19,638 bases of DNA, from the IMG/VR virus record IMGVR_UViG_2695420718_000005, positions 1 through 19,638 of that record; one strand, written 5' to 3'. Under the pieces are notes generated by a model, which worked only from the letters and a program-made list of their open reading frames with translations, made no database searches and had not been told where the DNA came from. The first letter of the stretch is position 1; the number at the start of each line of letters is the position of its first letter. Both the position numbers and the translations under genes were made by a program. This DNA comes from a virus. Its lineage: Duplodnaviria > Heunggongvirae > Uroviricota > Caudoviricetes. Shown in pieces: positions 7,542-14,045 of the stretch.

Positions 7542-7925
7542 ATGCAAAATGATTACAATGACCTTAAGCCAATTGCCGAAATGATGTACCCGAATCCAGC
7601 TGTAGAGGAATTAAAAGCTATCGCTGACAAAATGTGTTTAAGCGAGCGCCTTGTTGATATGAATCAGGTGATGGAAATTACAACCCTGAGTCGGCGTACA
7701 CTGCTAAACCTTGAGGCTAGTGGAGAGTTCCCGGAGCGTGTGCAGGTTACGGAAGGGCGTAAGGCCTGGTATTTAAGTGAAGTGATCGACTGGATAAATA
7801 ATATTCCTCGCGCTTCTGAATATTGCCGCGTACCTGTCCCAAAAAAGCCAGATGCGGCGCTATGCCTCAAGATTGAGCGTGTACGCCGCAATGCACGGGA
7901 TGGTCGCTATAAGCTGATTGGTTGA
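7542..7925 (+). CDS. AlpA-like HTH DNA-binding protein with N-terminal extension (127 aa)
   Basis: MEITTLSRRTLLNLEASGEFPERVQV...WYLSEVIDWI fits the AlpA-type HTH pattern; AGGGGGA RBS; located immediately upstream of the cos site. Confidence 0.6.
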   Translation: MQNDYNDLKPIAEMMYPNPAVEELKAIADKMCLSERLVDMNQVMEITTLSRRTLLNLEASGEFPERVQVTEGRKAWYLSEVIDWINNIPRASEYCRVPVPKKPDAALCLKIERVRRNARDGRYKLIG

Positions 7926-7933
7926 TGAAATTA

Positions 7934-7962
7934 GGGCCCGCTCTGGCTGGCGGGTCCTTTCC
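7934..7962 (+). terminator. Candidate intrinsic terminator (gggcccgc-tctggctg-gcgggtcc followed by tttcc)
   Basis: GC-rich imperfect hairpin followed by a short T-run, just after the 127-aa gene stop. Confidence 0.4.
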
Positions 7963-7981
7963 GGCGATCTGACAGGCTACG

Positions 7982-7993
7982 GGGCGTCAGGCG
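7982..7993. other. cosN-equivalent (gggcgtcaggcg), divergent from lambda cosN GGGCGGCGACCT
   Basis: Position and flanks (acg before, cgcgg-attttcgc after) correspond to the lambda cohesive-end region as I recall it; 5 of 12 positions differ. Confidence 0.55.
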
Positions 7994-7998
7994 CGCGG

Positions 7999-8170
7999 AT
8001 TTTCGCTATTTATGAAAATTTTCCGGTTTAAGGCGTTTCCGTTCTTCTTCGTCGTAACTTAATGTTTTTATTTAAAATACCCCCTGAAAAGAAAGGAAAC
8101 GACAGGTGCTGAAAGCGAGCTTTTTGGCCTCTGTCGTTTCCTTTCTCTGTTTTTGTCCGTGGAATGAACA
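7999..8170 (+). promoter_or_regulatory. Lambda-type cosB with Nu1-binding repeats R3, R2, R1 (CGTTTCC / GGAAACG)
   Basis: attttcgctatttatgaaaattttccggtttaaggcgtttccgttcttcttcg ... aaaggaaacgacaggtg ... ctgtcgtttcctttctc matches my recollection of the lambda left end nearly base for base; three CGTTTCC-type repeats read directly. Confidence 0.75.
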
Positions 8171-8722
8171 ATGGAAGTCAACAAAAAGCAGCTGGCTGAC
8201 ATTTTCGGTGCGAGTATCCGTACCATTCAGAACTGGCAGGAACAGGGAATGCCCGTTCTGCGAGGCGGTGGCAAGGGTAATGAGGTGCTTTATGACTCTG
8301 CCGCCGTTATAAGATGGTATGCCGAAAGGGATGCTGAAATTGAGAACGAAAAGCTGCGCCGGGAAGTTGAAGAACTGCGGCAGGCCAGCGAGACAGATCT
8401 CCAGCCAGGGACTATTGAGTACGAACGCCATCGACTTACGCGTGCGCAGGCCGACGCACAGGAACTGAAGAATGCCAGCGAAACAGGTGAGGTAATTGAC
8501 ACTGCATTTGCGACTTATGCCTTGTCGAAATTAACTGGGGAAGTTGGAGCAATCATTGATAGTCTTCCACTTGCGATCTGTCGACAGTTTCCTGGCATGG
8601 AAAAACGGTATCAGGACTTCATTAAGATGGAGGTCAGTAAAGCATTTATTCGAGCTTACCAGATCTCAGATAACATTCCAGATATGGCTGAAAGGTATAT
8701 CAAGGATAATCAGCGAAGTTAA
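8171..8722 (+). CDS. Nu1: Terminase small subunit Nu1 (183 aa); N-terminal DNA-binding half lambda-like, C-terminal half diverged
   Basis: MEVNKKQLADIFGASIRTIQNWQEQGMPVLRGGGKGNEVLYDSAAV... is essentially lambda Nu1; the C-terminal ~70 aa are homologous but diverged. No gpA gene follows. Confidence 0.9.
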   Translation: MEVNKKQLADIFGASIRTIQNWQEQGMPVLRGGGKGNEVLYDSAAVIRWYAERDAEIENEKLRREVEELRQASETDLQPGTIEYERHRLTRAQADAQELKNASETGEVIDTAFATYALSKLTGEVGAIIDSLPLAICRQFPGMEKRYQDFIKMEVSKAFIRAYQISDNIPDMAERYIKDNQRS

Positions 8723-8778
8723 AACAAATGAAACCATAGGTAGGAAGAGTGCTTAGGTGGTTCTTTGTTGCTTAAAAG

Positions 8779-8810
8779 TCGCCAGTAAAACTGGCGATAG
8801 ATTTTATTTG
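8779..8810. terminator. Hairpin tcgccag-taaaa-ctggcga followed by tagattttatttg; candidate bidirectional terminator between Nu1 and the convergent 301-aa gene
   Basis: Perfect 7-bp stem and T-rich tract read directly; lies between convergent gene ends. Confidence 0.45.
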
Positions 8811-8828
8811 TCAAAAGCATTTGACCTT

Positions 8829-9734
8829 TTAAGGTAGTGGTACTATGGATATTTTTCTGTCGTTCCCAAATGAACTTTTAAATAATTTCGCTCTTGGATA
8901 CATTTTAACTAGTGATGCGACTTCATCGAACTCGCTGGCATCAAAAAGAGGACCAAGTATTACAGATTTTAACTCAAAAGGGTGAAATTTTAAGTCGCTA
9001 TATTGACCAGTGCTATTTGGCCTAGCGTAGGTTGAAATTCTCCACTCTCTTTCATATGCCCATTCTTCTGTTTTTATGAATATTATCTCATTATTGATAT
9101 ATTCAATTGACTTATTGTCTGGCATGAAAAGCAACTCGGCCATCCCTTCAGCAGTGTGAGTTAGAGGCATTTCATCTGTGTATTTCATAGGTTTGGCTAT
9201 TAACCAAGCGCTATCCAGAAAGTCTACACAATCAAATTCGATAACTATACCTTTATATTTATCGGCATAGTGATTCCACATAGGAGTGATTATAGGGCTC
9301 TCAGATAAACACAAAATCCTTCTGTTATTAAGCATTCCTCGCCAGACATCTTTCATTTCTTGTATTGCCGCAGGAGCGCCAATCCCAACTGGTGGAATGT
9401 TTACCATTTCTTGAAATCTTTCAATTAATCCTGCGGGTATGCCTAAAGGAAATGACTTTTGGAAATCACTTAGCATTGTTCTAATTCTAGGGTTTAAATT
9501 TTGTATGTCTTCTCTGGGGGTAATCAACTCCGCTATTAACTTGCGGGCTAAAGCTTTGCCAATATTAATTTCGTTAATACCAGGCATAACTTCTCTTGGA
9601 ACATCAAAAGGGTCATTAAATAGGACCGGAGAACTCCATCTAAGGCTGCATGAATCAAGAACAATCTTCGCGGTATTCAACGACATATACTTATAAAATG
9701 TTGAGCGTTCATGCATTCTGTTGGGTGAGCGCAT
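8829..9734 (-). CDS. Hypothetical 301-aa protein, AT-rich moron; motif pattern reminiscent of the DUF2971 family (unverified recollection)
   Basis: Long minus-strand ORF, strongly AT-rich relative to the flanking lambda genes; motifs FYKYMSL, FNDPFD, RILCLSESPIITPMWNHYADKYKGIVIEFD. It occupies the position where lambda A through Nu3, D and E-5' would be. Confidence 0.7.
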   Translation of the reverse strand: MRSPNRMHERSTFYKYMSLNTAKIVLDSCSLRWSSPVLFNDPFDVPREVMPGINEINIGKALARKLIAELITPREDIQNLNPRIRTMLSDFQKSFPLGIPAGLIERFQEMVNIPPVGIGAPAAIQEMKDVWRGMLNNRRILCLSESPIITPMWNHYADKYKGIVIEFDCVDFLDSAWLIAKPMKYTDEMPLTHTAEGMAELLFMPDNKSIEYINNEIIFIKTEEWAYEREWRISTYARPNSTGQYSDLKFHPFELKSVILGPLFDASEFDEVASLVKMYPRAKLFKSSFGNDRKISIVPLP

Positions 9735-9870
9735 AGATTCCTCTTGTTAAATGAGTGATGGTTTTCATCCATGTATTGCACGTTGTATTGCATTCAAGGA
9801 TTTTCCATTTCAATTCTATAGCTAAAACGTAATCAAATCATTCACATCCTTTCATATTTGACTCATGTAG

Positions 9871-10659
9871 CCGAAGCATGAGGTGAATCCGCAGATGACC
9901 CTGCGTCGCCTGCCGGATGAAGATCCGCAGAATCTGGCGGACCCGGCTTACCGCCGCCGTCGCATCATCATGCAGAACATGCGAGACGAAGAGCTGGCCA
10001 TTGCTCAGGTCGAAGAGATGCAGGCAGTTTCTGCTGTGCTTAAGGGCAAATACACCATGACCGGTGAAGCCTTCGATCCGGTTGAGGTGGATATGGGCCG
10101 CAGTGCGGCGAACAACATCACACAGTCCGGTGGTACGGAGTGGAGCAAGCGTGACAAGTCCACGTATGACCCGACCGACGATATCGAAGCCTATGCGCTG
10201 AACGCCAGCGGAGTGGTGAATATCATCGTGTTTGATCCGAAAGGCTGGGCGCTGTTCCGTTCCTTCAAAGCCGTCAAGGAGAAGCTGGATACCCGTCGCG
10301 GCTCTAATTCCGAGCTGGAGACAGCGGTAAAAGACCTGGGCGAAGCGGTGTCCTATAAGGGGATGTATGGCGATACGGCGATCGTCGTGTATTCCGGACA
10401 GTACGTGGAAAACGACGTCAAAAAGAACTTCCTTCCGGACAACACGATGGTGCTGGGGAACTCTCAGGCACGCGGTCTGCGCACCTATGGCTGCATTCAG
10501 GATGCGGACGCACAGCGCGAAGGTATTAACGCCTCTGCCCGCTACCCGAAAAACTGGGTGACCACCGGCGATCCGGCGCGTGAGTTCACCATGATTCAGT
10601 CAGCACCGCTGATGCTGCTGGCTGACCCTGATGCGTTCGTGTCCGTACAACTGGCGTAA
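9871..10659 (+). pseudogene. E: 5'-truncated major capsid gene E (lambda gpE residues ~90 to end)
   Basis: Translation PKHEVNPQMTLRRLPDEDPQNLADPAYRRRRIIMQNMRDEEL... matches lambda E almost residue for residue; homology stops abruptly near 9866-9870, where an in-frame TAG (9868-9870) is present; no proper N-terminus or RBS. Confidence 0.8.
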
Positions 10660-10700
10660 TCATGGCCCTTCGGGGCCATTTTCTCTCTGTGGAGGAGTCT

Positions 10701-11096
10701 ATGACGAAAGATGAACTGATTGCCCGTCTTCAGGTGCTGGGTGAGCAACTGAACCGTGATGTCAGCCTGACGGGGACGAAAGAAGAACTGGTGCTCCGTG
10801 TGGCAGAGCTGGAAGAGGAGCTTGATGACACGGATGACGCTGCCGGTCAGGACACATCTGTCAGCCCGGAAAATGCGCTGACCGGACATGAAAATGAGGT
10901 TGTATCAGCGCAGCCGGATACCGTGACTGATACGGCTGATCTGGTCACGGTTGTGGCACTGGTGACGCTGCATACTGATGCACTTCACGCCACGCGGGAT
11001 GAGGCTGTGGCATTTGTGCTGCCGGGAACGGCGTTCCGTGTCTCTGCCGGTGTGTCAGCTGAAATGACAGAGCGCGGCCTGGCCAGAATGCAATAA
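10701..11096 (+). CDS. FI: DNA-packaging protein FI (132 aa)
   Basis: MTKDELIARL...ERGLARMQ matches lambda FI; GGAGGA RBS before the ATG at 10701. The ORF-track start at 10662 is an upstream extension. Confidence 0.9.
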   Translation: MTKDELIARLQVLGEQLNRDVSLTGTKEELVLRVAELEEELDDTDDAAGQDTSVSPENALTGHENEVVSAQPDTVTDTADLVTVVALVTLHTDALHATRDEAVAFVLPGTAFRVSAGVSAEMTERGLARMQ

Positions 11097-11107
11097 CGGG
11101 AGGCGCT

Positions 11108-11461
11108 GTGGCTGATTTCGATAACCTGTTCGATGCTGCCATTGCCCGCGCCGATGAAACGATACGCGGGTACATGGGAACGTCAGCCACCATGACATCC
11201 GGTGAGCAGTCCGGTGCTGTGATACGTGGTGTTTTTGATGACCCTGAAAATATCAGCTATGCCGGACAGGGCGTGCGCGTTGAAGGCTCCAGCCCGTCCC
11301 TGTTTGTCCGGACTGATGATGTGCGGCAGCTGCGGCGCGGCGACACGCTGACCATCGGTGAGGAAAACTTCTGGATAGACCGGATTTCGCCGGATGATGG
11401 CGGAAGCTGTCATCTCTGGCTTGGGCGGGGCGTACCGCCTGCCGTTAACCGTCGCCGCTGA
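11108..11461 (+). CDS. FII: Head-tail joining protein FII (117 aa)
   Basis: MADFDNLFDAAIARADETIRGYMGTSAT... matches lambda FII; GTG start after GGGAGG. Confidence 0.9.
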   Translation: MADFDNLFDAAIARADETIRGYMGTSATMTSGEQSGAVIRGVFDDPENISYAGQGVRVEGSSPSLFVRTDDVRQLRRGDTLTIGEENFWIDRISPDDGGSCHLWLGRGVPPAVNRRR

Positions 11462-11472
11462 AAGGGGGATGT

Positions 11473-12051
11473 ATGGCCATAAAAGGTCTTGAGCAGGCCG
11501 TTGAAAACCTCAGTCGTATCAGCAGAGCGGCGGTGCCCGGTGCCGCCGCAATGGCCATTAACCGCGTTGCTTCATCCGCGATATCGCAGTCGGCGTCACA
11601 GGTTGCCCGTGAGACAAAGGTACGCCGGAAACTGGTAAAGGAAAGGGCCAGGCTGAAAAGGGCCACGGTCAAAAATCCGCAGGCCAGAATCAAGGTTAAC
11701 CGGGGGGATTTGCCCGTAATAAAGCTGGGTAACGCGCGGATTGTCCTGTCCCGACGCAGGCGTCGTAAAAAGGGGCAGCGTTCAGCCCTGAAAGGTGGCG
11801 GCAGCGTGCTTGTGGTGGGAAACCGTCGTATTCCCGGCGCGTTTATTCAGCAACTGAAACATGGCCGCTGGCATGTCATGCAGCGTGTGGCCGGGAAAAA
11901 CCGTTACCCCATTGATGTGGTGAAAATCCCGATGGCGGTGCCGCTGACCACGGCGTTTAAACAGAATATTGAGCGGATACGGCGTGAGCGTCTTCCGAAA
12001 GAGCTGGGCTATGCGCTGCAGCATCAACTGAGGATGGTAATAAAGCGATGA
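11473..12051 (+). CDS. Z: Tail terminator/completion protein Z (192 aa)
   Basis: MAIKGLEQAVENLSRIS... matches lambda Z; AAGGGGGA RBS. Confidence 0.9.
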   Translation: MAIKGLEQAVENLSRISRAAVPGAAAMAINRVASSAISQSASQVARETKVRRKLVKERARLKRATVKNPQARIKVNRGDLPVIKLGNARIVLSRRRRRKKGQRSALKGGGSVLVVGNRRIPGAFIQQLKHGRWHVMQRVAGKNRYPIDVVKIPMAVPLTTAFKQNIERIRRERLPKELGYALQHQLRMVIKR

Positions 12052-12443
12052 AACATACTGAACTCCGTGCAGCCGTACTGGATGCACTGGAGAAGCATGA
12101 CACCGGGGCGACGCTTTTTGATGGTCGCCCCGCTGTTTTTGATGAGGAAGATTTTCCGGCAATTGCCGTTTATCTCACCGGCGCTGAATACACGGGCGAA
12201 GAGCTGGACAGCGATACCTGGCAGGCGGAGCTGCATATTGAAGTTTTCCTGCCTGCTCAGGTGCCGGATTCAGAGCTGGATGCGTGGATGGAGTCCCGGA
12301 TTTATCCGGTGATGAGCGATATCCCGGCACTGTCAGATTTGATCACCAGTATGGTGGCCAGTGGCTATGACTACCGGCGCGACGATGATGCGGGCCTGTG
12401 GAGTTCAGCCGATCTGACTTATGTCATTACCTATGAAATGTGA
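12048..12443 (+). CDS. U: Tail tube terminator protein U (131 aa)
   Basis: [22 protein letters not shown]... matches lambda U; start overlaps the Z stop. Confidence 0.9.
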   Translation: MKHTELRAAVLDALEKHDTGATLFDGRPAVFDEEDFPAIAVYLTGAEYTGEELDSDTWQAELHIEVFLPAQVPDSELDAWMESRIYPVMSDIPALSDLITSMVASGYDYRRDDDAGLWSSADLTYVITYEM

Positions 12444-12450
12444 GGACGCT

Positions 12451-13191
12451 ATGCCTGTACCAAATCCTACAATGCCGGTGAAAGGTGCCGGGACCACCCT
12501 GTGGGTTTATAAGGGGAGCGGTGACCCTTATGCGAACCCGCTTTCAGACGTTGACTGGTCGCGTCTGGCAAAAGTTAAAGACCTGACGCCCGGCGAACTG
12601 ACCGCTGAGTCCTATGACGACAGCTATCTCGATGATAAAGATGCAGACTGGACTGCGACCGGGCAGGGGCAGAAATCTGCCGGAGATACCAGCTTCACGC
12701 TGGCGTGGATGCCCGGAGAGCAGGGGCAGCAGGCGCTGCTGGCGTGGTTTAATGAAGGTGATACCCGTGCCTATAAAATCCGCTTCCCGAACGGCACGGT
12801 CGATGTGTTCCGTGGCTGGGTCAGCAGTATCGGTAAGGCGGTGACGGCGAAGGAAGTGATTACCCGCACGGTGAAGGTCACCAATGTGGGACGTCCGTCG
12901 ATGGCAGAAGATCGCAGCACGGTAACAGCGGCAACCGGCATGACCGTGACGCCTGCCAGCACTTCGGTGGTGAAAGGGCAGAGCACCACGCTGACCGTGG
13001 CATTCCAGCCGGAAGGCGCAACCGACAAGAGCTTCCGTGCGGTGTCAGCGGATAAAACAAAAGCCACCGTGTCGGTCAGTGGTATGACCATCACCGTGAA
13101 TGGCGTTGCTGCAGGCAAGGTCAACATTCCGATTGTATCCGGTAATGGTGAGTTTGCTGCGGTTGCAGAAATCACCGTCACCGCCAGTTAA
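12451..13191 (+). CDS. V: Major tail tube protein V (246 aa)
   Basis: [22 protein letters not shown]... matches lambda V including the C-terminal Ig-like region; GAGGA RBS before the ATG at 12451. The ORF-track start at 12421 is rejected. Confidence 0.9.
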   Translation: MPVPNPTMPVKGAGTTLWVYKGSGDPYANPLSDVDWSRLAKVKDLTPGELTAESYDDSYLDDKDADWTATGQGQKSAGDTSFTLAWMPGEQGQQALLAWFNEGDTRAYKIRFPNGTVDVFRGWVSSIGKAVTAKEVITRTVKVTNVGRPSMAEDRSTVTAATGMTVTPASTSVVKGQSTTLTVAFQPEGATDKSFRAVSADKTKATVSVSGMTITVNGVAAGKVNIPIVSGNGEFAAVAEITVTAS

Positions 13192-13206
13192 TCCGGAGAG
13201 TCAGAG

Positions 13207-13629
13207 ATGTTCCTGAAAACCGAATCATTTGAACATAACGGTGTGACCGTCACGCTTTCTGAACTGTCAGCCCTGCAGCGTATTGAGCATCTCGCCCTGA
13301 TGAAACGGCAGGCAGAACAGGCGGAGTCAGACAGCAACCGGAAGTTTACTGTGGAAGACGCCATCAGAACCGGCGCGTTTCTGGTGGCGATGTCCCTGTG
13401 GCATAACCATCCGCAGAAGACAAAGCAGCCTTCCATGAATGAAGCCGTTAAACAGATTGAGCAGGAAGTGCTTACCACCTGGCCCACAGAGGCAATTTCT
13501 CATGCTGAAAACGTGGTGTACCGGCTGTCTGGTATGTATGAGTTTGTGGTGAATAATGCCCCTGAACAGGCAGAGGACGCCGGGCCCGCAGAGCCTGTTT
13601 CTGCGGGAAAGTGTTCGACGGTGAGCTGA
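13207..13629 (+). CDS. G: Tail assembly chaperone G (140 aa)
   Basis: MFLKTESFEHNGVTVTLSELSALQRIEHL... matches lambda G. Confidence 0.9.
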   Translation: MFLKTESFEHNGVTVTLSELSALQRIEHLALMKRQAEQAESDSNRKFTVEDAIRTGAFLVAMSLWHNHPQKTKQPSMNEAVKQIEQEVLTTWPTEAISHAENVVYRLSGMYEFVVNNAPEQAEDAGPAEPVSAGKCSTVS

Positions 13630-14045
13630 GTTTTGCCCTGAAACTGGCGCGTGAGATGGGGCGACCCGACTGGCGTGCCATGCTTGCCGGGATGTCATCC
13701 ACGGAGTATGCCGACTGGCACCGCTTTTACAGTACCCATTATTTTCATGATGTTCTGCTGGATATGCACTTTTCCGGGCTGACGTACACCGTGCTCAGCC
13801 TGTTTTTCAGCGATCCGGATATGCATCCGCTGGATTTCAGTCTGCTGAACCGGCGCGAGGCTGACGAAGAGCCTGAAGATGATGTGCTGATGCAGAAAGC
13901 GGCAGGGCTTGCCGGAGGTGTCCGCTTTGGCCCGGACGGGAATGAAGTTATCCCCGCTTCCCCGGATGTGGCGGACATGACGGAGGATGACGTAATGCTG
14001 ATGACAGTATCAGAAGGGATCGCAGGAGGAGTCCGGTATGGCTGA
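13207..14045 (+). CDS. G-T: G-T tail assembly chaperone fusion produced by -1 frameshift (T portion 13611..14045)
   Basis: The -1 frame ORF after the slippery site encodes ...FDGELSFALKLAREMGRPDWRAMLAGMSSTEYADWHRFY..., matching the lambda T region; no independent RBS or start. Confidence 0.8.
13605..13611 (+). promoter_or_regulatory. Programmed -1 ribosomal frameshift slippery heptamer G GGA AAG (G to G-T)
   Basis: GGGAAAG read in the G frame near the 3' end of G; the -1 frame continues as the T ORF to 14045. Confidence 0.8.

Noticed and set aside
8106-8312. 68-aa ORF overlapping cosB and the Nu1 start
   Set aside because: Overlaps conserved Nu1-binding repeats and the Nu1 coding frame; spurious.
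9735-9870. Possible small gene or RNA between the 301-aa gene and truncated E
   Set aside because: No convincing ORF or structured element; more likely the promoter/leader of the minus-strand 301-aa gene plus junction DNA.
10662-10700. Upstream start for FI (ORF-track start 10662)
   Set aside because: Lambda FI begins MTKDELIAR; the ATG at 10701 is preceded by GGAGGA, while the extension overlaps the end of E.
12421-12450. Upstream start for V (ORF-track start 12421)
   Set aside because: The ATG at 12451 is preceded by GAGGA and gives the lambda V N-terminus MPVPNP; the extension overlaps U.
13611-14045. T ORF as an independent gene with GTG start
   Set aside because: No RBS and it begins inside the slippery site; in lambda, T is made only as a G-T fusion by -1 frameshifting.
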